The notes: generated by a model from the letters alone, not told the origin. DNA of 64,000 nucleotides from Chloroflexota bacterium (GCA_919901745.1 CAKKPP010000012.1:23457-87456); one strand, 5' to 3'. Numbered from the stretch's first letter, positions 44,230 through 54,795 are shown. Numbers and translations: made by a program.

Positions 44230-46581
44230 ATGCCGGTCACCCTCACCGCGGCCTCCGCCGCGGTGACCTCCGCCGCCGTGCCGCTCCATCGGGCCCTCGG
44301 GCTCACCGACGACGAGCTCGACGCGATTCGCGATCGCCTCGGCCGAGATCCGAATCATCTCGAGCTGGCGATCTTCAGCGTGATGTGGAGCGAACATTGC
44401 TCGTACAAGAGCTCGAAGCCGCTCCTGCGCACGCTCCCGACCCAGGGCGAGGGTGTCGTCGCCGGACCCGGCGAAAATGCCGGCGTGATCTCGATCGGTG
44501 ACGGGCTGGCCGTCGCGTTCAAGATCGAATCGCACAACCATCCCAGTGCGGTCGAGCCATACCAGGGCGCGGCGACCGGTGTCGGCGGCATCCTTCGGGA
44601 CATCTTCACGATGGGGGCGCGGCCCATCGCCGTCCTCGATGCCCTCCGGTTCGGCGATCCGGGAGATGTCCGGACACGCCACCTCGTCGATGGCGTCGTT
44701 CGCGGGGTCGGCGGCTACGGCAACTGCGTCGGCGTCCCGACGGTGGGCGGGGAGCTTGTCTTCGACCCCTCATACCAGGGCAATCCGCTCGTCAACGTGA
44801 TGGCCATCGGTCTCCTGGACGAGCGTCGGCTCACGCTCGCCGCCGCTCCCGGCCCGGGCAATCTCGTCATCCTGTTCGGATCGACGACCGGCCGCGATGG
44901 GATCGGGGGTGCATCGGTCCTCGCCTCTTCGACGTTCACGCACGACGACCCCTCGAAGCGCCCATCCGTCCAGGTGGGCGACCCGTTTGCCGAAAAGCTG
45001 CTCATCGAAGCCTCGCTCGAACTCATCGAGCGGGAGCTCGTCGAAGGGCTCCAGGACCTCGGAGCCGGCGGGATCAGCTGTGCTACCTCGGAGACGGCCG
45101 ATCGAGCCGGGACCGGAATGCTCATCGACCTCGATGCGGTGCCTCGTCGAGAGCCGGACATGGCCGCCTACGAGGTGATGATCTCGGAGTCGCAGGAGCG
45201 GATGCTGGCGGTTGTCCGACCGGACCGCGAAGCCGCGGTACGGGAGGTGTGCGCGCGCTGGGGCCTGCCCTGCGCGGTCATCGGCCGGGTGACCGCGGAT
45301 GGCGACATCGCGATCGTGGAGGGCGGGCTGGACGACAGCGGCGCGGCAGCGGCCGGCGCGCGAGAGCTCGCTCGCATCCCCGCCGCCGCCCTCACCTCGG
45401 ACGCCATCGTCCACGACCGAATCGGCGCGGCGCCGGTCCACGCACGGGCCGCACCGGCCCCCGGTATCCCTGAATGGCCCAGCGATGGTCTGCCCGAGCG
45501 CGGCATGGACCCCGGCGCAGTGCTCCTCGCCCTCCTGGGTTCGCCGAATCTCGCGTCCCGTCGCCCGGTCTTCGAGCAGTACGACTCGACCGTCCAGGTC
45601 AACACCGTGGCCGGGCCCGGGCGCGGCGCGGCGGTGCTGCGCGTGAAGGGAACGACCAAGGCACTCGTGGCAACCACCGACGCCAACGCCCCGGTGAGCG
45701 GCATCGATCCATGGCTCGGAGCCGCGCTGAGCGTGGCCGAGGCCTCGCGCAACGTGTCGATCACGGGCGCGCGACCGCTCGGCGTGACGAACTGCCTCAA
45801 CTTCGGCGATCCGACACGACCCGAGGCCTTCTGGCAGCTGTCCGAGGCCGTGCGCGGCCTGGGAGATGCCTGCCGTGCCCTGGGCCTGCCGGTCACCGGC
45901 GGCAACGTGTCGCTGTACAACGAATCCGCCTCCGGCGCGATCCTGCCGACGCCCGAAATTGGGGTCGTCGGAATCCTCGACGACATCGCGACCCTCATCG
46001 GCCCGGCGTTCGTCGAGGCGGGCGATAGCGTGGTGCTGGTCGGCGAGGCTGTTCCCGGGCTCGCCGGGAGCGAGTACGCCCGCCTCGCCGGGGCGGCGCC
46101 CGGCGATGGACCACCGGTCCTCGACCTCGAGCGCGAGGCGGCGCTCCAGAGGTTCATCCGCGAGGCCGTCGCGGGCGGGCTTGCCGCGTCGGCGCAGGAC
46201 GTGTCCGGTGGCGGTCTTGCCGTCGCCCTGGCCGAGGCCGCGATGTGGGGCGGGATCGGCGGCCGGCTGCGGATTCCCGTCGCCAGCTCCCCGGCCGCCG
46301 ACCTCTTCGGCGAGAGTCCCAGCCGGATCGTGGTCACGTGCCGGCCGCGCCGGCTGGAGGCGCTGGTGCTCCTCGCGCGGCAGCACGGCCTGCCGGTCGA
46401 CGAACTGGGCGTCGCGGGCGGCGATCGATTGCTGATCGATCTGGGGAACGGCGGTGCGACCGGTCCGGCAGAAGGCCGGGGCTCCCACGTCGCAGACGCC
46501 CTGGACGTCTCGCTCGCCGACCTGGAGCACGCATGGTCGCGCGGTCTCGGGCGCGCCCTTGGCTGGGACGAGGTGGACTGA
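44230..46581 (+). CDS. purL: FGAM synthase II
   Basis: 783-aa protein; [20 protein letters not shown]. Confidence 0.95.
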   Translation: MPVTLTAASAAVTSAAVPLHRALGLTDDELDAIRDRLGRDPNHLELAIFSVMWSEHCSYKSSKPLLRTLPTQGEGVVAGPGENAGVISIGDGLAVAFKIESHNHPSAVEPYQGAATGVGGILRDIFTMGARPIAVLDALRFGDPGDVRTRHLVDGVVRGVGGYGNCVGVPTVGGELVFDPSYQGNPLVNVMAIGLLDERRLTLAAAPGPGNLVILFGSTTGRDGIGGASVLASSTFTHDDPSKRPSVQVGDPFAEKLLIEASLELIERELVEGLQDLGAGGISCATSETADRAGTGMLIDLDAVPRREPDMAAYEVMISESQERMLAVVRPDREAAVREVCARWGLPCAVIGRVTADGDIAIVEGGLDDSGAAAAGARELARIPAAALTSDAIVHDRIGAAPVHARAAPAPGIPEWPSDGLPERGMDPGAVLLALLGSPNLASRRPVFEQYDSTVQVNTVAGPGRGAAVLRVKGTTKALVATTDANAPVSGIDPWLGAALSVAEASRNVSITGARPLGVTNCLNFGDPTRPEAFWQLSEAVRGLGDACRALGLPVTGGNVSLYNESASGAILPTPEIGVVGILDDIATLIGPAFVEAGDSVVLVGEAVPGLAGSEYARLAGAAPGDGPPVLDLEREAALQRFIREAVAGGLAASAQDVSGGGLAVALAEAAMWGGIGGRLRIPVASSPAADLFGESPSRIVVTCRPRRLEALVLLARQHGLPVDELGVAGGDRLLIDLGNGGATGPAEGRGSHVADALDVSLADLEHAWSRGLGRALGWDEVD

Positions 46582-46583
46582 CG

Positions 46584-48053
46584 ATGTGCGGCGTCTTCGG
46601 GGCCTCGGTTCCTCCCGGATCGGAGGTCAGCGCGGCGGCCGTCGCGGCGCTCGGGTTGTTCGCGCTGCAACACCGGGGCCAGGAATCGGCCGGTGTCGCG
46701 GTGTCCGACGGGAGCCAGCTGATGGTCTACAAGGATCTCGGCATGATCAGCTCGGTGCTGGATGAACGCCGGCTGCCCAGCCTCCGCGGCGATCTGGCGA
46801 TTGCCCACTGCCGCTACTCGACGACCGGCTCGACGGTCTGGGAGAACGCCCAGCCCACGTTCCGCCTGGGCCCACGACGCGCCCTCGCGGTGGGCCACAA
46901 CGGGAACCTCGTGAACACGCGGGAGCTGCTCGATCAACTGCCGGGTGGTCGCGCCCGGCTCCCGGCGAGCACGGACACGGAACTCCTGACCGCGTTGCTT
47001 GCCGACGAGGAGGCCGGCGATCTCGTCGAGGCCCTCCTGCGGGTCCTGCCGCGCGTGCGCGGTGCCTTCAGCCTGGTCGTTCTCGATGAGCGACGGATCG
47101 TCGGCGTCCGTGACCCGCACGGGTTCCGGCCGCTCGTGTTGGGGCGCATCCCGGCTTCGAGCGAACGACCGGCCACGCAGCAGGCCGGCGGCCTGTGGGA
47201 GGACGACGCGGCACGCGACACGTGGGTGCTGTCGTCGGAGACGACGGCCCTCGACATTGTCGGCGCGGACTTCGTGCGCGACGTCGAGCCGGGAGAGCTG
47301 GTGATCCTCGAGGCCGGCATGACCCCGCGATCGGTCCGCTACGCGACGGCCGATCCGGCGCTGTGCGTCTTCGAGCTCATCTACTTCGCGCGGCCCGACT
47401 CGTACATGGAGGGGCGCAACCTCTACGAAGTCCGCCGGCGCATGGGGATGCAGCTGGCCGCCGAACATCCGGTTGAGACCGACCTGGTCATGCCCGTTCC
47501 CGATACCGGCGCTCCGGCCGCGGCCGGTTACGCGGAGGCGTCGGGCATCCCGTATCGCGAGGGCCTCGTCCGCAACCGGTACACCGGGCGCTCGTTCATC
47601 CAGCCATCCGAGACGCTGCGTCACCGGGGCGTGACGATGAAGCTCAACCCGCTGCGTGAAGTGGTTCGCGACAAGCGCCTGACCGTGGTCGACGATTCGA
47701 TCGTGCGCGGGACGACGACCAAGCAGATCGTGGCCCTGCTCAGGAAGGCCGGCGCCGCGGAGGTCCATGTCCGGATCAGCGCCCCGCCCATCTTCCATCC
47801 CTGCTTCTACGGCATCGATACGCAGGTTTCGACAGAACTCATCGCGTCCAGGCTTTCGCCCGAGGAGATCTGCGAATTCATCGGCGCGGATTCGCTCGGC
47901 TATCTCTCGATTCCCGGTGTCCTCGCCGCGCTGGAGCTGCCGTACGAGCAGTTCTGCTTCGCGTGCTTCGATGGGCGCTATCCGGAACCCGTCCCGTACG
48001 ATGTGGCGAGCCGCAAGTTCCTCCTCGAGGAGCCCGTCGCCAGCCGTGGCTGA
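46584..48053 (+). CDS. purF: amidophosphoribosyltransferase
   Basis: ATG at 46584 yields the N-terminal MCGVFG (Ntn Cys1), followed by a PRTase domain. Confidence 0.93.
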   Translation: MCGVFGASVPPGSEVSAAAVAALGLFALQHRGQESAGVAVSDGSQLMVYKDLGMISSVLDERRLPSLRGDLAIAHCRYSTTGSTVWENAQPTFRLGPRRALAVGHNGNLVNTRELLDQLPGGRARLPASTDTELLTALLADEEAGDLVEALLRVLPRVRGAFSLVVLDERRIVGVRDPHGFRPLVLGRIPASSERPATQQAGGLWEDDAARDTWVLSSETTALDIVGADFVRDVEPGELVILEAGMTPRSVRYATADPALCVFELIYFARPDSYMEGRNLYEVRRRMGMQLAAEHPVETDLVMPVPDTGAPAAAGYAEASGIPYREGLVRNRYTGRSFIQPSETLRHRGVTMKLNPLREVVRDKRLTVVDDSIVRGTTTKQIVALLRKAGAAEVHVRISAPPIFHPCFYGIDTQVSTELIASRLSPEEICEFIGADSLGYLSIPGVLAALELPYEQFCFACFDGRYPEPVPYDVASRKFLLEEPVASRG

Positions 48054-49209
48054 CGGTCCAGGATCCAGGGGCCGACCGGGTCGAGCCGGCCGGGACGCCT
48101 ACGTCGCCTCCGGGGTGGACGTTGCGGCCGGCGAGCGTGCGGTGGAGCTGATGCGCGCCGCGGTCGAATCGACCCATCGGCCGGAAGTCGTCGGGAGCCT
48201 GGGCGGCTTTGGCGGCGCGGTGGCCGTTCCTGCCGGGTATCGCGAACCGCTGATCGTCGCCTCGACCGACGGCGTCGGCACGAAGACGGCGATCGCGAGC
48301 GCGCTCGGCCGGTTCGACACGATCGGGATCGATCTCGTGGCGATGTGCGCCGACGATGTCGTGTGCAGCGGTGCTGAGCCGCTGTCCTTCGTCGACTACG
48401 TGGCCGTCGGCAGGCTGGACCCGGACGTCGTCGCCACGCTGGTGGCCGGGGTAGCCGAGGGTTGCCGGCAGGCCGGTTGCGCGCTTGTCGGCGGCGAGAC
48501 GGCCGAACACCCCGGGCTGATGGCCCCGGACGCATTCGACCTCGCGGGCACGTGCATCGGGGTGGTCGAGCGGGAACGCCTGATCGACGCGACGGCACCG
48601 CGCGGTGGCGACACGATCCTCGGCCTGGCGTCATCGGGCCTGCATGCGAACGGGTTCTCGCTGGTTCGGGCGCTCCTGGCTCGTTGGGACGTGAACCTGG
48701 GCGAGCCGTACCAGGAACGCCTCCGGCGCACGCTCGGCGACGAGCCCGCTGATCGCGCGATGACGGTGGAGCCCGAGCACGCCCTGGCAACGATCGGCGA
48801 CGTGCTGCTGACGCCGACGAGGATCTACGCTCGGGCCGTCCTGGGGCTCCGGGCCGCCCTCGAGGAGGCCGGCCACGAGCTGCGGGGCGTCGCCCACGTC
48901 ACCGGGGGCGGTCTTCCCGGCAACGTCGCCCGGATGCTCCCTCCCTCCCTGGGGGCCAGGCTCGACCCGTCACGCTGGCCGATTCCGTCGGTCATGCGCC
49001 TGTTCGGCGCCCTCGGCGGACTGGACGACGCTGAACTTCGAGCCACGTTCAACGGGGGGATCGGGATGGCGATCGCGGTGGCTCCGGCGGCGGCCGACGT
49101 GGCCTCCGCCTGGCTGGCAGCTGCGGGCGTAGCCGCGCACCAGATCGGTCTCGTGGTCGACATCGGTCAGCCGGGCGGCGAGCGCTACACCGAGGGCCGC
49201 ATCGAATGA
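48046..49209 (+). CDS. purM: phosphoribosylformylglycinamidine cyclo-ligase (AIR synthetase)
   Basis: The only in-frame start before the conserved YVASGVDVAAGE is GTG at 48046, overlapping the purF stop by 8 nt. PurM core ASTDGVGTK is present. Confidence 0.8.
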   Translation: MADGPGSRGRPGRAGRDAYVASGVDVAAGERAVELMRAAVESTHRPEVVGSLGGFGGAVAVPAGYREPLIVASTDGVGTKTAIASALGRFDTIGIDLVAMCADDVVCSGAEPLSFVDYVAVGRLDPDVVATLVAGVAEGCRQAGCALVGGETAEHPGLMAPDAFDLAGTCIGVVERERLIDATAPRGGDTILGLASSGLHANGFSLVRALLARWDVNLGEPYQERLRRTLGDEPADRAMTVEPEHALATIGDVLLTPTRIYARAVLGLRAALEEAGHELRGVAHVTGGGLPGNVARMLPPSLGARLDPSRWPIPSVMRLFGALGGLDDAELRATFNGGIGMAIAVAPAAADVASAWLAAAGVAAHQIGLVVDIGQPGGERYTEGRIE

Positions 49210-51443
49210 GCGACGGCCGTCGAATCGCCGTGGGCGTGTCGGGCGCTGGGTCCAACCTCCGCGCACTTGGTGCCGCCGCAGCACGTGACGAGATCGGCGG
49301 ACGCATCGTCCTGGTATTCGCCGACCGACCGTGCCCGGCGCTCGACTGGGCGGCCGAGCAGGGGATCGAGACGGCGCTCATCCCCGGCGGGAACGACGAC
49401 GCGCTGGCCGAGACCCTCCTGGCCGTGGCGCCCGATGCCGTCGTCCTGGCCGGTTACCTCCGGATCGTCGGCGCGCGCGTGCTCGGGGCGTTCGGTGGCC
49501 GGATCCTCAACACGCATCCGTCGCTCTTGCCGGCATTCCCGGGCGCGCACGCGGTGCGCGACGCGCTGGCTCACGGCGTGGCCGTGACGGGCTGCACCGT
49601 GCACCTGGTGGACGACACGCTCGATGGCGGGCCGATCGTCGCCCAGGAGGCGGTTCCGATCCTCGCCGGTGACGACGAGGCGTCCCTGCACGAGCGAATC
49701 CGGGCGGTGGAGCACCGCCTCCTGCCGCGGGCCACGGCGCTCCTGCTCGCCGGCGCCCTGTCCGTGATCGGCCGGCATGTCGTCGTCGACGCGGCGACGG
49801 CCGATGGCGGACTCCCCGTTCCGCGCCGCGCACTGCTCTCGGTCAGCGACAAGGCCGGGCTCGCGGATCTCGCCGGTGGGCTCGTCGCACGCGGTTTCGA
49901 GCTGGTGTCCACCGGAGGCACCGCCGCCGCGCTTCGAGAGGCGGGCATGCTCGTGACCGACGTGGCCGCGGTGACGGGCTTCCCCGAGATGCTCGACGGG
50001 CGCGTCAAGACACTCCATCCGCGCATCCACGCGGGAATCCTCGCCGACAGGCGATCGAGCGCACACCGGGCGGCCCTCATGGCTGCGGCGATCGCTCCGT
50101 TCGAGCTCGTCGTCGTCAACCTCTATCCGTTCGGCGCCGCCGCCGAGCGGCCGGGGATCGCCCTGGACGAGCTGATCGAGGAGATCGATATCGGCGGCCC
50201 GGCCCTGATCCGCGCCGCCGCGAAGAACCAGGCCAGCGTCGCGATCGTGACCTCGCCGGCCCGTTATGCGCACGTTCTCACCGTCCTCGCGGAGGAGGGG
50301 AGCGTGCCGGCCGGACTGCGGGCTGCCCTGGCGATCGAGGCGTTTCGCCACACGGCTGCCTACGACGCGCGGATCGCAGCGGAGCTGCCCTGCCACCTCC
50401 ACGAAGCCGGGTTGACCCTTCCGGACGAGCCGGGGCTGCCCACGTCCTCCGATCCCTTCCCGCAGAGCCTGACGATCGAACTCGAGAAGGTCGAGACGCT
50501 TCGCTACGGCGAGAACCCGCACCAGCGGGCTGCGCGCTATCGACGGCCGGGCCGAGCCGGCGGCGCAGGACCCTTCGCATCCTTCGACCCGCCGCTCCAG
50601 GGCAAGGCGCTCAGCTACAACAACGTGCTCGACGCGTCGGCGGCGGCGGCGCTTGCGCGGACACTGCGTGGCCCGGCCGCGGTGATCGTCAAGCACATGA
50701 ACCCGTGTGGCGCGGCCCAGCGTCCGACGCTCGCCGCGGCCTGGGGCGCAGCGCTCGCCGGCGACCCGGTCTCCGCGTTCGGTGGCGTGGTTGCGCTCAC
50801 CCGCACGGTCGACGGCGAGGTGGCGCGAGCGCTCGTCGCCATCTTCCTCGAGGTGGTGGTGGCACCGGCGTTCGACGACGACGCGCTGGGGGTCCTGGCC
50901 GCCAAACCAAACCTCCGGCTCATTGTCGACCCGGATGTCGCCCTGGACAGCGCACCCGGATGGCCCGAGCGGACGGCGTCAATCCGAACGGCCGGGGGCG
51001 CGGTCCTCGTGTCGACGCCGGATACCGTCGAGGACGATCCGAGCGGGTGGATGACCGTCACCAGCCGCGAGCCGACAGACCGCGAGCGCGCCGACCTCCA
51101 TCTCGCGTGGCGGCTCGTCCGCGGGGTCACCTCGAACGCCATCGTCCTCGTCTGCGACGGGGCGCTCATCGGGCTCGGATCAGGCCAGACGAGCCGTGTC
51201 GACGCGGCGCGCCAGGCCGTGGCCAAGGCCCGATCGATCGCCGGCGACGACGCCCTCCGCGGTGCGGTCTGCGCATCGGACGCGTTCTTTCCGTTCCCGG
51301 ATGCCGTCGAAGCCTGCCTGGACGCCGGCGTGACCGCGTTCGTCCATCCCGGTGGCTCCCTGAACGACGCAAAGGTGACCGTGGTCGCGAACGCCGCCGG
51401 CGCTGCAGTGCTCGTAACGGGTACGAGGCACTTCCGGCACTGA
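49206..51443 (+). CDS. purNH: fused phosphoribosylglycinamide formyltransferase / AICAR transformylase-IMP cyclohydrolase (PurN-PurH)
   Basis: Single uninterrupted 745-aa ORF. Residues 1-~200 are PurN (RIAVGVSGAGSNL ... NTHPSLLPAFPG). From ~205 it is PurH (RALLSVSDKAGL ... RVKTLHPRIHAGIL ... full AICARFT/IMPCH). ATGA overlap with purM. Confidence 0.8.
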   Translation: MSDGRRIAVGVSGAGSNLRALGAAAARDEIGGRIVLVFADRPCPALDWAAEQGIETALIPGGNDDALAETLLAVAPDAVVLAGYLRIVGARVLGAFGGRILNTHPSLLPAFPGAHAVRDALAHGVAVTGCTVHLVDDTLDGGPIVAQEAVPILAGDDEASLHERIRAVEHRLLPRATALLLAGALSVIGRHVVVDAATADGGLPVPRRALLSVSDKAGLADLAGGLVARGFELVSTGGTAAALREAGMLVTDVAAVTGFPEMLDGRVKTLHPRIHAGILADRRSSAHRAALMAAAIAPFELVVVNLYPFGAAAERPGIALDELIEEIDIGGPALIRAAAKNQASVAIVTSPARYAHVLTVLAEEGSVPAGLRAALAIEAFRHTAAYDARIAAELPCHLHEAGLTLPDEPGLPTSSDPFPQSLTIELEKVETLRYGENPHQRAARYRRPGRAGGAGPFASFDPPLQGKALSYNNVLDASAAAALARTLRGPAAVIVKHMNPCGAAQRPTLAAAWGAALAGDPVSAFGGVVALTRTVDGEVARALVAIFLEVVVAPAFDDDALGVLAAKPNLRLIVDPDVALDSAPGWPERTASIRTAGGAVLVSTPDTVEDDPSGWMTVTSREPTDRERADLHLAWRLVRGVTSNAIVLVCDGALIGLGSGQTSRVDAARQAVAKARSIAGDDALRGAVCASDAFFPFPDAVEACLDAGVTAFVHPGGSLNDAKVTVVANAAGAAVLVTGTRHFRH

Positions 51444-51553
51444 GGCCCCGTCCAGGAGTGCCTGGTCCCGTCGCGGCGCCCCACGGTCGGGGCCCGATGC
51501 CGACCACTGCCCGATGCCGACCACCCGGGCCCGCCTGCTACCATCGATCTCCC

Positions 51554-53191
51554 ATGCCCGACCGCCATCGTTATTACCTGACCACCGCGATCGCCTACGC
51601 CAACAATCGACCGGGGTTGCACACCCTGTACGAGGTGGTCGGCGCCGACGTGCTGGCCCGCTGGCACCGGATGAAGGGCGACGACACGCGGTTCCTGACC
51701 GGCACGGACGAGTACTCCGTGAACATCGCGATGACCGCCGCCGAGCAGGGCAAGGAACCCAGGGCGTTCGTCGACGAGATGGTGGCGCTGTTCGGTGATG
51801 CGGAGGACGCCCTCGGAATCTCGCCCGATCGGTTCATCCGCACGACCGACCCCGACCACGAGCGGGCCGTCCACGAGGTCATTCGGCGGTGTTACGCCAA
51901 CGGCGACCTCTACCTCGGGACGTACGAGGGCTGGTACTGCCCCAACGAGGGATTCCGGGCCAGGAGCGACCTGATCGAGGACGCGTCGGGCTTCCATTGC
52001 CCCAACCACCCTGGCGTCGAACTGCAGTGGCTCAGCGAGACCAACTGGTTCTTCCGCCTCTCGAAGTACCAGGCCGCGCTCGAGCGGCATTTTGCGGAGC
52101 ACCCGGACTGGGTGCAGCCCGAGTTTCGCAAGAACGAAATGCTCGGTTTCATCCGGGGCGGGCTCGAGGACTTCAGCGCCAGCCGCCAGAACGCGACCTG
52201 GGGCATCCCGTTCCCGATCCTGCCCGACGGGACGTGGGCCCAACGCGAGGACGGATCGTGGCATCCGGGGGCGGGGACGGTCTACGTCTGGTTCGACGCC
52301 CTGATCAACTACATCACCGGCGCGGGCTTCCCCGACGACCCGAAGGCGTTCGCTCACTGGTGGCCCGCCGACCTGCACGTGATCGGCAAGGACATCAACC
52401 GCCTCCACACGGTCATGTGGCCGGCGATGCTCATGAGTGCCCAGATCCCGCTGCCGCGCAAGGTCTGGGTGCACGGCTGGCTGCTCGTCCAGGGCGAGCG
52501 GATGAGCAAGAGCCGCGGGAACTTCCTGGACCCGCACGCGGTGGTTGCCGCCCTCGGCACGGACGGCGCGCGCTACGTGATGCTCCGCGAAGTCGCCTTC
52601 GACCGTGACACCGATGTGTCCTGGGAGTCCTTCGTGCGGCGCTACAACGCCGACCTCGCCAACGACTTCGGGAACCTCGTCAACCGAACCGTCTCGATGA
52701 CCAACCGGTACCTCGACGGACGGCGGCCCGCCCCACGAGTGCACGACGAATCGCCCCTCGGCGAAGGCTGGCACGACACGCTGAACCGGTTCGTGGAGCG
52801 ACTGGAAGGCCATCTGCTCCACGACGCTCTCGCCGAGCTCATGGAGTTTGTGTCCGGCGCGAACAAGGTCGTCGACGCGGAGCAGCCGTGGGTCCTCGCC
52901 AAGGCGGCGAAGGCCGGTGACCGCGAGGCCGAGGCGCGCCTGGAGGCCGTCCTCGGCGACCTGGTCGAGGCCTGCCGGCTGGTGGGCCTTGCGGCCGCTC
53001 CGTTCCTGCCCAACACGGCACCGCGCGTGATGTTGCAGCTGGGCTTCGGGTTTGGCTACGCCCCGGACGGGAACGGCGGGCCCGCGATCCTCGACGAGCT
53101 CCGCTGGGGCGCCCACGCCGCCACGGCCGGCCATGTCGGGCAGCCCGAGCCCCTGTTTCCGCGTCTCGACATCGAGCCGCCGCCGGGCTGA
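51554..53191 (+). CDS. metG: methionyl-tRNA synthetase (short form, no C-terminal tRNA-binding domain)
   Basis: ATG at 51554. KMSKS present as RMSKS. The HIGH region reads AYANNRPGLHTLY, which is non-canonical. CPN..CPN knuckle. Confidence 0.85.
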   Translation: MPDRHRYYLTTAIAYANNRPGLHTLYEVVGADVLARWHRMKGDDTRFLTGTDEYSVNIAMTAAEQGKEPRAFVDEMVALFGDAEDALGISPDRFIRTTDPDHERAVHEVIRRCYANGDLYLGTYEGWYCPNEGFRARSDLIEDASGFHCPNHPGVELQWLSETNWFFRLSKYQAALERHFAEHPDWVQPEFRKNEMLGFIRGGLEDFSASRQNATWGIPFPILPDGTWAQREDGSWHPGAGTVYVWFDALINYITGAGFPDDPKAFAHWWPADLHVIGKDINRLHTVMWPAMLMSAQIPLPRKVWVHGWLLVQGERMSKSRGNFLDPHAVVAALGTDGARYVMLREVAFDRDTDVSWESFVRRYNADLANDFGNLVNRTVSMTNRYLDGRRPAPRVHDESPLGEGWHDTLNRFVERLEGHLLHDALAELMEFVSGANKVVDAEQPWVLAKAAKAGDREAEARLEAVLGDLVEACRLVGLAAAPFLPNTAPRVMLQLGFGFGYAPDGNGGPAILDELRWGAHAATAGHVGQPEPLFPRLDIEPPPG

Positions 53192-53271
53192 TCCCGCGAT
53201 CGGCGGACGTCGGACGCCCCGCGCCGGGCCACGAGCCCGTCGGACGCCCTGCGCCGGGCTACCATCGAGAG

Positions 53272-54099
53272 GTGCGCCTCGTCGACTCCCACTGCCACCT
53301 CCAGGTCGATCGGTTTGCCGACGACCGGGACGCGGTCATCGAGCGGGCGCATGGGGAAGGCGTCGAGCGAATCCTCGTCCCCGGCTGGAACACCTGGTCG
53401 AGTGAGGCGGCTCTCGCGCTCAGCACTCGAACGACGTGGCTCGATGCGGCGGTCGGCGTCCATCCCCATGACGCGGCGAAGGTCCCGGCGGCGGAGTGGG
53501 CGGCGATCGAATCGTGGGCGACCGATGCGCGGGTCGTGGCCATCGGGGAGACCGGCCTGGACTACGATCGCGTGTTCTCGCCCATCGCCGATCAGCTCGA
53601 CAACCTGCGGCGCAACCTCGCACTCGCGCTGGCGACCGGAAAGCCGGCCATCCTGCACTGCCGCTCGGCCCCCGGAACGCGGGATGCGCAGGACGCCCTC
53701 CTCGCCGAACTGAAGGCGGCCGGATTCGGGGACGATGCCCGGCTGACATCGTTCGGCGGGCGCCCGCCGGCCGTCATCCATTCGTTCTCCGGGCCTGTCG
53801 ATTACGCTCGGGACATGCTCGACCTCGGGGTCGCGATCAGCTTCTCCGGGCTGGTGTTCCGCCAGGGTGAGGAATCGTCGGCCGAGGTCGTCACGCTCGT
53901 ACCCGGCGACCGCCTCATGGTCGAAACCGATTCTCCGTACCTCTCCCCGCCGGGCGCCCCGCGCGGCCGCAACGAACCCGGCTGGGTACGCGTCACAGCG
54001 GGGTGGGTGGCCGATCGACGTCGAACGACGCCGGAGGCACTGGGCGACGGTCTGGTGGCCGCCTACGACGGCGTGTTCCACCGACCGGGGAGGTCCTGA
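53272..54099 (+). CDS. tatD: TatD family metal-dependent hydrolase
   Basis: GTG start with GAGAGG RBS. VDSHCHL metal motif. metG-tatD adjacency as in Firmicutes. Confidence 0.85.
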   Translation: MRLVDSHCHLQVDRFADDRDAVIERAHGEGVERILVPGWNTWSSEAALALSTRTTWLDAAVGVHPHDAAKVPAAEWAAIESWATDARVVAIGETGLDYDRVFSPIADQLDNLRRNLALALATGKPAILHCRSAPGTRDAQDALLAELKAAGFGDDARLTSFGGRPPAVIHSFSGPVDYARDMLDLGVAISFSGLVFRQGEESSAEVVTLVPGDRLMVETDSPYLSPPGAPRGRNEPGWVRVTAGWVADRRRTTPEALGDGLVAAYDGVFHRPGRS

Positions 54100-54734
54100 T
54101 GAACACGGATCGCATGTCGAGGGTTCGTCATCGCCATGTCAGTTGGCTGCTCGGGTTTGCGCTGGTCCTCGCAGCCTGCGCAGCGCCTGCATCGCCAAGC
54201 CCCGTCGAGCCTTCGGACGCGGCCCCTGAATCCAGCGCGCCTGCCGGTGCCGACCCCACGGCGTCGCCAACCGCGAGTCCGACCGCAACACCGAATCCAA
54301 CCTGCCCACCCGTCGACTACGCCGGGTTCGTTGCGAGCGAACGGCTGACCAACGTCTCCGTCGCACCGGGTACCGCCGGCGACCTGGTCGGCTTCATCCT
54401 TGTCCCCAGTCCTGGTTCCCCGCTTCGCCCGCGCCTCACGGTCTCGAGCGTCGAGCCGCCGTTCTCCGAGGGGGCGAGCGGCCTTCCGCTCGAGGTCGCG
54501 GGGGAGCATCACATCCTGGTCCGCTTCGAAGGGATGCTTCACGTCGACGACGCGGGGGTTCTGGTCTACGTGGGCCCGCGTGACCAGCCGGGGATCGGCG
54601 GCCCGGTCCGGCAGGTCCTGCTGACGGAAGCTTTCGAGAGTTACGTGTCGTTCATCGTCGGCTACGACGGCGACGGGTGCGTCGCCCTGAGCGTCCAGCC
54701 AACCCTGATCACGATCGCGATCGCCGCTCCCTGA
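54099..54734 (+). CDS. secreted lipoprotein of unknown function
   Basis: ATG overlaps the tatD stop, with GGGGAGG upstream. Signal peptide and lipobox WLLGFALVLAACAAP. Pro/Ala/Ser linker, then a beta-rich domain. Confidence 0.5.
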   Translation: MNTDRMSRVRHRHVSWLLGFALVLAACAAPASPSPVEPSDAAPESSAPAGADPTASPTASPTATPNPTCPPVDYAGFVASERLTNVSVAPGTAGDLVGFILVPSPGSPLRPRLTVSSVEPPFSEGASGLPLEVAGEHHILVRFEGMLHVDDAGVLVYVGPRDQPGIGGPVRQVLLTEAFESYVSFIVGYDGDGCVALSVQPTLITIAIAAP

Positions 54735-54764
54735 GCGAAACGGACGTACTGGACGAGTACCTTC

Positions 54765-54794
54765 TTGACAGCAGCAGGCGGCTGGCGCTAGCAT
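54765..54794 (+). promoter_or_regulatory. sigma70-type promoter of groESL (TTGACA-N18-TAGCAT)
   Basis: Consensus -35 is exact and the -10 is near-consensus. It lies immediately upstream of CIRCE. Confidence 0.6.
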
Positions 54795-54795
54795 T

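Noticed and set aside
45168-47798. 876-aa minus-strand ORF antisense to purL and purF
   Set aside because: It is a frame artefact. The sense strand carries unambiguous PurL and PurF.
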